64,000 bases of DNA from Paraspadella gotoi (GCA_051294375.1 CM119263.1:30505376-30569375), one strand, 5' to 3'; shown: positions 28,181 to 40,193, counted from the stretch's first letter. Numbers and translations: made by a program. The notes: a model not told the origin generated them from the letters alone.

Positions 28181-29274
28181 CAAATATTACTATTTTTGAT
28201 TTCGTAGTACTTTCTTTGTTGCCTGCCGTGTGCACGCCTAAAATCGGCCTGTACGAGGTTCCAACGCAATAGGATCCTATGTTAAACGCCTTTCATTGTT
28301 TGGCTCCCGGGACAAAAATTTTTTCTCCCTAAACAGAGGTTCTTATATATTTGGGGAATGGGTCTGGCTTTTTCTGGAAATTTGAGTGTCTCACCTACCC
28401 TTATAAGAGAGCCTCTTTAACGTTATTCCTATTGGGTTGGAACCTCGTAGTGAATCGAATTTCCTATGTTGTAGAGGCAGGCAGCGGGTATCGGTGCCCG
28501 AGCCGTGGCTTGGGACTGAGAGCCATCGTTGTCTGCGTCGACTTGATCGCCCGGGAGACGGGCATTGGTCCTTGACCGTCACGGCCTCCTCCGCCAGGAT
28601 ATCCGGGTAGGAGGGGGCAACGACGGGCACCGTATTTCGATAGACCATGGTGGTTCTTCGGCGGTCACCGGCGATCGTCGACCGCAGATTTGAGATTCCC
28701 GCCGCTGATCGAGGGCAGCGCTGGCTGGGCAACGGTCACAACACGATAGACGGATTTTTCGGCGATCACCGGCGATCGTCGACCGCAGATTTGAGATTCC
28801 CGTGGTTGATCGAGGCAAGCAAGACGGAGACGGTGTTAAAAAAAGTGGTGCATGCGTGGGATTCGATCCCGTGATTCGCCGTGATCGCGGGGGAGAATTT
28901 CATGAAACGGTGAACGTTGGACCCGAGTTCGTTCGCTCGTGCTCATTTACGGGTAATGGGGATGTCGTAGGTTAAGAGAAAAGTCGCGGCCCACGCCTTT
29001 TCTCTGTCCCGCGCCGTCGCCAATTATTCGTCTATAAATAAGCGCGGGTATCGAACCTGTGACTCGCCGTGACTCCGTCAGGGCGATCGCTTCTCGAAGG
29101 GAAAAATATAGGCGATCGGCGAACCTGGGTTCTTTCGCTCCCTCGCCGAATTACAGTGTATATTTACGAGTAACGATGTCGTCGGTTACGGGAAAAGTCG
29201 CGGCCAAGGCTTTTCTCAATGTCCCGCGCCGTCGTCAATTATTCGTATTTATATAAGCGCGGAGAAGGATCCTT

Positions 29275-29441
29275 TGACTCGCCGTGACTCCGTCAGGGCG
29301 ATCGCGGGGGAAAAAATATATAAAATATTGTAAAAAAGTCGTGCCTGCTCGGGATCGAACCCGTGACTCGCCGTGACTCCGTCAGGGCGATCTCGGAGAA
29401 AATTTCAGGCCCGAGCGAGCACGGTCGCGAGAGGAATGAAA
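29275..29441. repeat. ~167-bp direct repeat, copy 1 (copy 2 at 32357-32523), flanking the recombinase gene
   Basis: TGACTCGCCGTGACTCCGTCAGGGCGATC...GCACGGTCGCGA(G/A)AGGAATGAAA is present at both sites. Confidence 0.85.
29332..29423 (-). ncRNA. Candidate Pol III small structured RNA (second copy about 32414-32504)
   Basis: On the minus strand, 5' CGTGCTCGCTCGGG pairs with 3' CCCGAGCAGGCACG; internal B box GGGTTCGATCCC; followed by AC-TTTTTT. Confidence 0.4.
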
Positions 29442-29916
29442 AAAAGTAGTTCCGTCAGTCTTCGGTGAACATCGGACCCGGGTTCATTCGCTCATTCACC
29501 GAAAAGTCAAATAATGCTAAAATATGACAAAAATACCCGCGAACTGGAAAAGCCCGGTAAAAATGTCGGATACACACATGTTTCGGGACTGGGTTCTCTC
29601 GTTCATGCGCCGCCATTTTTGTATTCATACGCGAATCATTTCTCAGTAATAATAAAGAACGGCAAGGAAATAGAGGATGGTAAAGGACGGAATAGTGCAA
29701 AAAGCACGAAAAAAACGCTAAATGTTGGAATGAAAGCGTTATACTCGGCCGCGGGTCGGTCTCGGTCTCGGTCTTGGTCTCGTCGGAAAAAAAAGGATGG
29801 AAAGCGCGGAAAAGCGCGAATATAGAACGAAGTCAAATGTCCCCGGTGTCGGTCTCGATCGTCGGGGAAGGGAAAAAAAGGACGGTAAAGTCGCCCAAGC
29901 TTTCCCGGGGTGACCT

Positions 29917-29923
29917 TATAAAA
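29917..29923 (+). promoter_or_regulatory. Candidate TATA box of the recombinase gene
   Basis: TATAAAA about 125 bp upstream of ATG 30043 in otherwise GC-richer sequence; AATAAA at 31802-31807 follows the ORF. Confidence 0.35.
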
Positions 29924-30042
29924 ATTCGTTTCTCTACCGTGACCTGAGAAGCGAATGAGCCAGGCAGTAAGTGACCATAGTTCACGGTAGGCTATGAGCG
30001 ATCTCGCAGCAAGGGATCGATCAGTTTGTGTTTTTGCTAACT

Positions 30043-31626
30043 ATGGATCATTTTACTTGCCTCGAATGTAAAAAAAATTACCCACGAGAAACCCGCGGGA
30101 AAGGAATAACTTGGGCAAAATCCACGAACAAAAAATGGGTAAAAAATTCGCTGTGGGAAAGAGACTGCTTACCCGTGTCCCGAAAATGAATGCAATGGTT
30201 GCAGCGCAACCTATGCACGACTTCGTGAACATTTTGGAACACGCACGGGTTCCGAATGACGACGCTTTCAGCTACGGAGGGAGAGGACTTCGCAGGCGCG
30301 CAAGACAAAAACTGTGCGCTATTCTAGATGGAAAAAACTGGCCTGATGCCCCTGCATCGCCCGCTAATGAGATTCCCACGAACCCGGAGAAAATAACGAC
30401 AACGGCCTCGGAGCAGATAGAGGGGACGGTAGTGGCGGAACCGGCTGTTGATACTTCTTATGATCTCTCTACCCCTTCCAACAGCCATCTTCTTCCACAA
30501 CTCGGTCCGGTCTCCTGTGGTTCGTACTCCTTCTCCTAAGGTAATTCGTAGGGAGGGGAGGGTACAGTAGGTACACGCGCTGGAAAATTTCGGAAGGGGC
30601 CTGTTCACGGGGTAATAACCTTTTTCCCTGCTTACAGATTCCCCAAGCTAAACTCCCGGATGATCTACGTAGTTGGATGGACGACCGCTACTCTCGCGCT
30701 ACCGGTGTCTGCGTATTCTGTTCACATTGGCCGGTTCATGGCTTTCTGCCATCCTTTCAGCGCGGAATACGCCTTTGAAGCAAAAAAGCTTGAAAAGTTT
30801 TGTCCCTATCGACGGTCCCTACTACGCGCAGTGTAGCGGTCTCCAGCCTCGGAAAGTCTACGTAGTGTACCTCGTCGCCGCCGCCGGAATATGAGCCGTC
30901 AGAGATGGATAGGCTGATCTGGGATGACATCCGGCGCGTGACACAAAGGCAAAAACGCGTCAGACAGACCAAGGTTACCCTGACCAAAAACCGGTAGGAC
31001 AGATTTAAAGTCACTACGTCCCCTCTTTCGGAACCCACGAGACGACTATCGCTTCTTGGACATCTCTCGGTCGGCAAAGAAGCGAGCTATAACACGGACT
31101 GAATACAATTTCGTCTCGGCATATGTAGCTTTGAAGGTGTTCTCCCAACAAAATGCAAAACGGCTGGGAAATCTTGCCCGCCTTACCCTCTCATCAATCT
31201 ACAAAGCGCGGGGGTGAGCGGAAAGTCCGGGCCTTGGGTAGTGCAGGTCCGAATGGCGACAAAGATTAAAGCTCCGGATGCATATGTGATAAATGATCCC
31301 TGTCGAAGGGGCTTCTGCTACGTTTTATTCGCACATACGTCCTTCTCTCAAACAGTCGCAGCCTCACGGTATCTATTTCCGCAGTATGATGGCCAGGCTC
31401 GGGGCACCTCGGCCTTTGCCGCTATCCTTCGGACCTTCGCTAGGTCCCGGGAATTGATGGTTTCAACATAACAACCTCTACGGCGTGCTGTGGCCTCGGC
31501 AGGCGCTGAGGACGCCGGAACGGACAGGCAGCGCTTGCCCAGGCGCTGGGTCACACGCAAGTGATTCAGCGTCAGTTTTACCTTCGCGGATCGGATGCAC
31601 AAAAAGTCCGAATCATCGGAAGTTGA
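30043..31626 (+). CDS. Tyrosine recombinase (Crypton-like) with N-terminal C2H2-like zinc fingers; frameshifted in this assembly; intron 30541-30637
   Basis: Manual translation gives NAKRLGNLARLTL (Arg 31161), WVVQV..K, RYLFP (31367), ITTLRRAVAS (about 31470-31498) and LAQALGHTQVIQRQFY (His 31552, Tyr 31579), in the correct order and spacing. Splice sites AG|GTAATT..TTACAG|. Confidence 0.75.
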
Positions 31627-32715
31627 CGACTAGTTACTCGCGAATTCGGCCAGGAGAAGTCATGGAAAAAACGTTTACGGCCGCGTAAACTTGATCCGTC
31701 AGACTCACCAACTGGGTCGGGGGGTCGGAAGAGGGTACGGGGATGTAGCTTTGACTGTTTCCTTTTGATGCCTAAAGATTCATGCCCAATTAATGCATAG
31801 TAATAAACATGTATTTTAATTTCCAATGTTGAGGACTCCATGGTGAAGTAACAAAAAGTAGGGTGAAGTCCCGTCCCCGTGTAGCTAGTTTTAAACACGC
31901 GGGACAGGCATGAAAAGCAAGACCGGCCGCGGGGTTGGTCTCGAATGAAAGATGGTATGGAAATAGCTGAGTGGTGTCCCGTGGTGGGACTAGCGGCTTC
32001 CGAGCATAGTTATAGCAAAAAACAAGTTTCACGCCTTGCAGGAAACAGGCGGACGGGTATATAAAAGCATGCCAGCCGTGGGATTGCTCTAGAATGAAAG
32101 ATATTGAGAAGACCGAGCGGTGTCCCACAGTGGACTGCGGCTTCCTAGGCATGGGTATTTGATCGAGAAAGCCGAGCGGTGCTCCCATGGCGGGACTGCG
32201 GCCTCCAATCGTCGGTAATACATGCCGTCGAACCATTGGGTAGTTCGGGTCCGAGAGTCGACTCGACTACTCCTCTACGGGCACGTCTGGGTAAGGGGAA
32301 GTTCTTTCTCTGAGCCTAAGTATTGCTCTTGGTTGTCCGCGTGTGATTCGAACCCGTGACTCGCTGTGACTCCGTCAGGGCGATCGCGGGGAAAAAATAT
32401 ATAAAATATTTGTAAAAAAGTCGTGCCTGCTCGGGATTGGAACCGTGACTCACCGTGACTCCGTCAGGGCGATCTCAGGAGAAAATTTCAGGCCGAGGGA
32501 GCACGGTCGCGAAAGGAATGAAAGATGGTATTGAGAAGACCTGAGCGGTGTCCCACAGTGGGACTGCGGCTTCCTAGGCATGGGTATTTGATTGAGAAGC
32601 CGGAGCGTGACGGCTNNNNNNNNNNNNNNNNNNNNNNNNNNNNNNNNNNNNNNNNNNNNNNNNNNNNNNNNNNNNNNNNNNNNNNNNNNNNNNNNNNNNN
32701 NNNNNNNNNNNNNNN

Positions 32716-34861
32716 GCCGGCGTTCACGCACGAGTTCAGGTGTGGTTCTAGTTGTTGGCGACTTCGCATGGCGATGTCGCCAGGGCTTTGGCGATGTCGC
32801 AGTCCCCCACTGGCGACTCGCCAGTGATAAAAGTAGGGAATATAATGAAAAGCCGCAGCTCACGGGATGAGCATCACCTTACAGGCTCCTCTCCCAAACC
32901 CTAACCTAAACCAAAGCCTCCCGTTCAACTCTGTGCCTCTCCCCTAACCCTAACCCGGGCCTGGGCCTGCCCGTACATCTCCATGCCTCAACCCTAACCC
33001 TAACTGCCTTTGATGCATCAACCACGGGCCCTCCCCAACCCTAACCCTAAACCAAGCCTTCCGTTAACTCTGGCTCTCCCCTAACCCTAACCCAGGCTCA
33101 GCCTCCGTACATCTCCGTGCCTCAACCCTAACCCTAACCGCCTTCGATGCATCAACCACGGGGCCCCCCCCCAACCCTAACCTAAACTAAGCTCCCCGTT
33201 CACTCCATGCTCTCCCCTAACCCTAACTCAGGCCCAGCCTCCTGTACATCTCCGTCCTCAACCCTAACCCTAACGCCTTCGATGCATCAACATGGTCCCT
33301 CCCCAACCACTAACCCTAAACCAAGCCTCCGTTCAACCCATGCCTCTCCCTAACCTAAACCAGGCCGGCCTCCCGTACATCTCCGTACCTCAACCCTAAC
33401 CCTAATTGCCTTCGATATATAACCCACGGCTCTCTCCCAACCCTAACCCTAACCGGGCCCAGGCTCCGTACATCTCCGCCCTCAACCCTAACTAGCCTCT
33501 AACCCAGTCTAACCTACACGCAGGCTGCCTCGTCTACAACCCTCGCCCTCATCAACAACACCCTCCTATCCCTATCCCTAAAATGACATTAATAATAAGC
33601 CTAAAATAAACTATACTTAACTCAACCCTACCTAACCCTAAACTACTCAACCCTACCCTAACTACTACCTATCAACCCTAAACCCTAAACCAACTCAACC
33701 CTAACCCTAACCCTAAACTGAGTTTATTTTAGGCAAAATCGCCATAACTAGAACCTAGATGTAGTCACAGCTAAATCGCCAAATGGCGGGGCGTCATGGC
33801 TAAGTCGCGATTTGGCGATTTCGCACTGAACTACATCTAGCGTTCTAGTTATGGCGATTTGAGCCTAAACTAAACTCAGATTAGGGTAGGGTTAGGGTTG
33901 AGTTGGTTAGGGTAGGGTTGAGTAGGTAGTGGTTAGGGTTGAGTAGTTTAGGGTTAGGGTTGATAGTTTAGGTTGGTTAGGGTTGAGTTAAGTTAAGTTT
34001 ATTTTAGGCTTATTATTAATGTCATTTAGGGATAGGGGTAGGGAGGGTGTTGTTGATGACCAGAGCCCGCGTTAGGTTAGGGTGAGGCACGGAGGATGTA
34101 CAGAGGCCTGGGCCGGTTTTAGGGTTAGGTTGGGAAGAAGGGCCCGTGGGTTATATATCGAAGGCAATTAGGGTTAGGGTTGAGGTACGGAGATGTACGG
34201 GAGGCCTGGGCCCGGTTTAGGGTTAGGGTTGGGAGAGAGGCCCGTGGTTATATATCGAAGGCAATTAGGGTTAGGTTGAGGTAACGGAGATGTACGGGAG
34301 GCCGGCCTGGTTAGGGTTAGGGGAGAGGCATGGAGTTGAACGGAGGCTTGGTTTAGAGGTTAGGGTTGCGGGAGGGACCCATGGTTGATGCATCGAAGGC
34401 GGTTAGGGTTAGGGTTGAGGCACGGAGATTGTACGGAGGCTGAGCCTGGTTAGGGTTAGGGGAGAGGCACAGAGTTGAACGGAAGGCTTGGTTAGGGTTA
34501 GCGGTTGGGGGAGGGGCCCGTGGTTGATGCATCAAAGGCGTTAGGGTTAGGGTTGAGGCATGGAGATGTACGGAGGCCCAGCCCGGGTTAGGGTTAGGGG
34601 AGAGGCACAGAGTTGAACGGGAGGTTTGTTTAGGGTTAGGGTTGGGAGAGGAGCTGAGGTGATGCTCATCCCCGTGTTAGCTGCGTTTTTCAATTATATT
34701 CGCTACTTTTATCACTGGCGAGGTCGCCAGTGGGGGGACTGGCGACATCGCCAAAGCTGGCGATATCGCCATGGCGAAGTCGCCAACCAACTAGAACCAC
34801 ACCTGCAACTCGTGCGTGAATCGCCGCGACATCGCTATTTGAATGAACTACAACTTAGGTT
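32716..34861. repeat. ~2.1-kb palindrome of two TTAGGG-laced arms around an asymmetric spacer at 33785-33809
   Basis: A CCCTAA-strand arm is followed by a TTAGGG-strand arm; spacer GGCGGGGCGTCATGGCTAAGTCGCG. Confidence 0.85.
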
Positions 34862-35009
34862 CTACGTGAGTTTCGTCAATGTCAAGCCTAACCTAGCCCT
34901 TGTTCAATCCCTCGGGAGCCACAGTCCGCCGTGGGACACCCCTTGCCCTTCAATGCCGCAGCCCGCATGGGACACCCGCTCGACTCTCAGTAGGTCGAGA
35001 GTCCCGCGA

Positions 35010-35930
35010 CCCCCATTGACAAATGTTTCACATGCGGACAACAAGAGCGGTACTTAGGCTCAGAGAAAGAACTTCCTTACCCAGACGTGCCCGTAGAGAG
35101 TAGTCGTCGACTCTCGGACCCGAACTACCCAATGGTTCGACGCTGCATTACCGGTGATTTGAAGCCGCAGTCCCGACCTGGGACACGCTGGCCCCTTCTT
35201 GCGTGATCGGACAAGCCCAGGTGGCCTGGCGATCACGAGGGTCCCGTGACCCCATGACAAATATTTTCACACGCGGACAACCAAGACGGTACTTAGGCTC
35301 GGAGAAAGAATTCCCTTTACCTAGACTGCCCGTAGAGAGTAGTCGAGTCGACTCCCCGGAACCCTAACTACCAATGGTTCGACGCGTGATACCGCGATTT
35401 GGAAGCCGCAGTCCCGCCTTGGGAACACCGCTCGCCCCTTGCGTAATTGGACCAGACCGTGGGCCTGGCGATCACGAGGGTCCGCGGACCCCCATTGAGA
35501 AATGTTTTCACACCGCGGACAACCAAGAGCGGATACTTAGGCTCAGAGAAAGAACTTCCCCTTACCCAGACGTGCCCGTAGAGAGTAGTCGAGTCGACTC
35601 TCGGGACCCGAACTACCAATGGTTCGACGCGTGTATTACCGGACGATTGGAAGCCGCAGCCCACCAGTGGGAACACCCGCTACGCCCTTGCGGAATTGAC
35701 CAGACCGTGGGCCTGGCGATCACGAGGGATCCCAGCGACCCCCATTGAGAAATGTTTTCACACGCGATAACAACAAGAGCATGACTTAGGCTCAGAGAAA
35801 GAACTTCCCCTTACCCAGGACCGTGCCCGTAGAGAAGTAGTCGATGTCGAACTCTGGACCCGAACTACCAATGGTCGACGCATTAATTACGAGATTTGAG
35901 CCTGCAGTCCCGCCTGCGGACAACGCTCGC
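35010..35930. repeat. ~240-bp GC-rich tandem array (about 4 units)
   Basis: CCCATTGAGAAATGTTTTCACAC anchor near 35010, 35250, 35490 and 35740; a partial unit lies inverted at about 32180-32345. Confidence 0.85.
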
Positions 35931-36184
35931 TTTCAGATAAACCTTCATTGCCTATGGAAAAGCCGGTGCCCACTGGGATCACCGCTCAGGACTTCTCACC
36001 ATTGAACCGAACAGAACAGAGTCTTTACCAGAAATTCCTTACCAAGTGCCAGTAACGGAGCACCGGACTACCAAGGACGATCAGTAAACCCTAACGAGGG
36101 CGCATGCCGTACACCCCTTTATCAACCCAGCCCAAAGTCCCTTGACAGCGTCGTCTACCATACTTCATCTCGCAAACGACTCTC

Positions 36185-38253
36185 GCCTGAAATTCTGGAT
36201 CGTGACAGTCCGGTGAGCTCACGGGTTCCCAATCCCGAGCGGGCACGACTTTTTTACAAACTAATTTATATATTTTTTTCCCCGGATCGCCTGACGGAGT
36301 CACGCGAGAGTCACGGGTTCGAATCACATCGTCGGACAACCAAAGGAGCAATAAACTTAGGCTCAGAGAAAGAACTTCCCCTTACCCAGACGTGCCGTAC
36401 GAGAGTATCGAGTCGACTACTCGGACCGAACTACCCAATGTTCGGCCCATGTATCTGACGGATTGGAGCCGCAGTCCCGCCATGGACACCGTCGGCTTTC
36501 TCGATCAAAATACCAGCTAGGAAGCCGCAGTCCCACTCGTCAGGGACACACCGACTCGGTCTCTCAATATCTTTCATCTAGAGCAATCCACGCTGGCCAT
36601 GCTTTTATATACCCGTCCCGCCTGTTCCTGCAAGGCGTGAGAATTGTTTTTTGCTATAACTATGCCCGGAAGCCGCAGTCCCACCACGGGACACACCTGA
36701 CAGCTATTCCATACCATCTTCATTCGAGACCAACCCGAGGCCGGTGTCTGCTTTTCATGCCTGTCCGGCGTGTTTTAAAACTAGCTACACGGGAGACGGG
36801 ACTTCACACGCATACTTTTGTTACTACCACACATGGAGTCACTCACATTGGAAATTAAAATACATGTATATTACTATGATTAATTGGCATGAATTTTAGG
36901 CAGTCCAAAAGGAAACAGTCAAAGCTACATCCACGTACCTCTTCCACCCCCCAGACCCAGTTGGTGAGTCCTGACGGATCAAGTTTACGCGGCAGCGTAA
37001 AACGTTTTTCCATGACTTCTCCTGGCCGAATTCGCGAGTAACTGAGTCGTGTCAACTTCCGAGATCGCGAGACTTTTTGTGCATCCGATCCGCGAAGAAA
37101 ACTGACGACTGAATCCTTGCGTGGACCCCAGCGCCTGGGACAAGCGCTGGCCCTTTCCGTTTCTGGCGTCCTCAGCGCTGCCGAAGGCCACAGCCACGCC
37201 CGTAGAGTTGTTATTTGAAACCATCAATTCCCCGCGGACCAAGCAAGGTCCGAAGGATAGCGGCAAAGGCCGAGTGCCCGACCTGCCATCATACTGAGCG
37301 GAAATAGATACCGTGAGGCTCGACTGTTTTAGAAGAATGACGATTATGCGAATAAAACGTTAGCAGAACACCCCTTTAGACAGGGGATCATATTATCACA
37401 TATCTCCGGAGCTAATCTTTTCGCCAATTCGGACCTGCACTACCCACAAGCCCGACTTCCGCTCACCCCCCGCGCTTTGTAGATTGATGAGAGAGGTAAG
37501 GGCCAAGATATTCCCAGCCGTTTTATGACATTTGTTGGGAGAACACTCCAAAGACTACATATCCGAGAGCGAAATTGTATTCAGTCCGTGTTATAGCTCG
37601 CTTCTTTGCAGACCGCAGAGATGTCCAAGAAGCGATAGTCGCTCGTGGGTCCGAAGAGGGGACGTAGTGACTTTAAATCTTGTCCTACCCGGTATTTGGT
37701 CAGGGTAACCTTTGGTCCTGTCTTGACGCGTTTTTTGCCTTGTGTCACGCGCCGGATGTTCATCCCAGAATCAGCCTATCCATCTCTGACGCTCATATTC
37801 CCGCGGGCGACGAGGTACATAGTAACTTCCGAGGCGGAGACGCTACACTCGCGTAGTAGGGACCGTCGATAGGGACAAAAAACTTTTCAAGTTTTTGCCT
37901 TCAAAGGCGTATTTCCGCGCGAAAGGATGGCAGAAAGCCATTGAACCGGCCCAATGTGAACAGAATATCGCAAGACCGTAGCGCGAGAGAGCGGTCGTCC
38001 ATCCAACTACGTAGATCAACCGGGAGTTAGCTTGGGGAATCTGTAAGCAGGGAAAAAAGTTATTACCCCGTGAACAGGCCCCTTCCAAATTTATCCAGCG
38101 CGTGTACTACTGTACCCCCCTCCCTACGATACCTTAGGAGTAAGGAGTACGAACCACAAGGAACGGGACAGTTGTGGAAAAGATGGGTGTTGGAAGGGGT
38201 AAGGAATCATAAAGAAGTATAACACCGTTCCGCACTACCGTCCCCTCTATCTG
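36185..38253 (-). repeat. Error-rich inverted duplicate of 30414-~32490 (second read-out of the recombinase gene)
   Basis: Reverse-complement similarity with many independent indels. Confidence 0.85.
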
Positions 38254-38508
38254 GCGACATCGCTATTTGAATGAACTACAACTTAGGTTTAAATCTAAAC
38301 TTTTGCGCAATTTTTGTGACACTAATATTTTGGAATATGTTAAAATTAATACGGATGGCTCATTACTGTGGGATTGAAAAACCTTACGCAAGCTTTCTAG
38401 GAAATGTGGTTTGTTCATCGTATGATCTTTATAAATTACAGAAAGCACTGTTTATAGTGTTTATAGTTTTGTGTTAGGTTTTCATTTTGGTTTCATATTA
38501 AAAATATA

Positions 38509-39016
38509 TTTTTATCGTCGCAATCGCTTTGCGTTTGCGACGTTATTGCAGTGATTTTGCTCATAAGTGGCGTCGTCGTTGTCGTCATTGGCGTTCCAAA
38601 TTATAGATCGCTTTTTTATGATTAAATTTGGGTGTATGAAGCTGAAAATTTATATACAGCTTCTCATCATCGATGTGCTTAAAATTGAGTCTGGACAGTT
38701 AATAAATATGTTTTGTTTACGTTTTATCTCTTAAAATTTTCTCTCTTTTATTTTCATATTTCTTTCTCTCTCTCTTTTCTCTTTTAATTACATGACTCTC
38801 TCCCTCTCTCTTTTCCCTAGTCACTGATTCATAATCATACTTAATCATAGGGAAAAAAAACGAGTCTGTAGCTGGCTCTGCAGGGGCTTATTCTTTTTCT
38901 CTCTTTTCTCTTGCTGCTTCTGCTGCTGCCTTTTGAGTCTGCAGCTGGCTCTGCAAGGGCTCTTTCTTTTTCTCTCTTTTCTCCTGCTGCTTCTGCTGCT
39001 GCCTTTTGATTTCTTT

Positions 39017-39051
<35 letters not shown>

Positions 39052-39429
39052 GTTTTTATTAAAAAAAAATTGAATTAGGATTGCTTTTAAGATTTTTTTT
39101 TCTCTTGTCAAATAACAGTTATTAAATATGTTTTGTTTAAGTTTTATCAAAAAAAACAAATTTTCTCTCTTTTATTTTCATATTTCTCTCTCTCTCTTTT
39201 TTCTTTTAATTACATGTCTCTCTCACTCTCTCTTTTCCCTATTTACTGATTCATAATCATAGGGAAAAAAAACCGAGTCTGCAGCTGGCTCTGCAGAGGC
39301 TCATTCTTTTTCTCTATTTTTCCCTACTGCTTTTGCTGCTGCCTTTTGAGTCTGCAACTGGCTCTGCAGGGGCTCTCTCTTTTTCTCTCTTTTCTCCTGC
39401 TGCTTCTGCTGCTGCCATTTGATTTCTTT

Positions 39430-39470
<41 letters not shown>

Positions 39471-40193
39471 TTTTATTAAAAAAAAATTTGAATTGGGATT
39501 GAACTCGTAAAATTAGGCATGGCATTCTTGCATGTTATCATTTTGCTATAGTAATATCGGGTTTTTATTTCACTTTAGTCTTTACTTCACTTCGTCAGTC
39601 TGATTCAAGTTTCACTTTGTCTTTTGTCTGGGAATGCTGACAGTGTTTAGAGAGGTCGCATTCGATCAAACTGCTCGCTTATGCGTGCTTAAAGTAAAAC
39701 AAAAGTACCTTCAATAATGTTACTCCAGTCTTAGCACTTGCTAAAAATTAACCTTGAAAATAAGTTATTTTACTGTTTTATATTTATTCTTTTGACAATG
39801 AAAAAGTTTTTTTTTCTCTCTTTTTTTTTTCTCTTTTTTTTTTCTGAAACTGTAACTGTAACTTGACAATCGCAAAATAGAATTTTTTTTTCTGTTTATA
39901 AATTAATTTTCTTTTTTTCCCCTTTCTATTCTTTCTTTCCTTTCTATTCTTTCTTTCCTTTCTATTCTTTCTTTCCTTTCTTTTCTTTCTATTCTTTATT
40001 TCCTTTCTATTCTTTCTTTCCTTTCTATTCTTTCTTTCCTTTCTATTCTTTATTTATTCTTTTCTTCTTTTTCTTTCCGTTTATAAATTAATGGTTTTTT
40101 TTCAAATTTGATTTTTTTTATTATCAAAATTTGCCGTCAATCCAGATTTTTCTTATGCAATTGCGACGATCCTTATGCTTTTAAGATTTTTTT
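38509..40193 (+). mobile_element. HINE-like element, family B
   Basis: SubTIR ATCGTCGCAAT/ATTGCGACGAT, 5' palindrome TCGTCGCAATCGCTTTGCGTTTGCGACG, (CGT)n, 3' CTTA..TAAG hairpin and T-rich flanks. Partial copies at 44572, 59012 and 62650. Confidence 0.7.

Larger units (their letters stand above)
26085..38289 (+). mobile_element. Putative tyrosine-recombinase DNA element with TTAGGG-laced arms (assembly scrambled after 32615)
   Basis: Left arm 26085-27197, satellite to about 28180, GC-richer core with a ZnF-YR gene, ~240-bp array, palindromic arm pair, and terminus ...GAACTACAACTTAGGTT at 38289. Confidence 0.6.

Noticed and set aside
28200-30000. Reverse transcriptase or second gene in the element core (DIRS-like)
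   Set aside because: Only short overlapping ORFs from local repeats are present and no RT/RNase H motif was recognised; indels could still hide a small gene.
33780-33810. Chromosome end-to-end fusion site suggested by the CCCTAA-to-TTAGGG switch
   Set aside because: A fusion would read TTAGGG then CCCTAA. The polarity here is opposite, the repeats are short and interspersed, and the same centre recurs at 45582.
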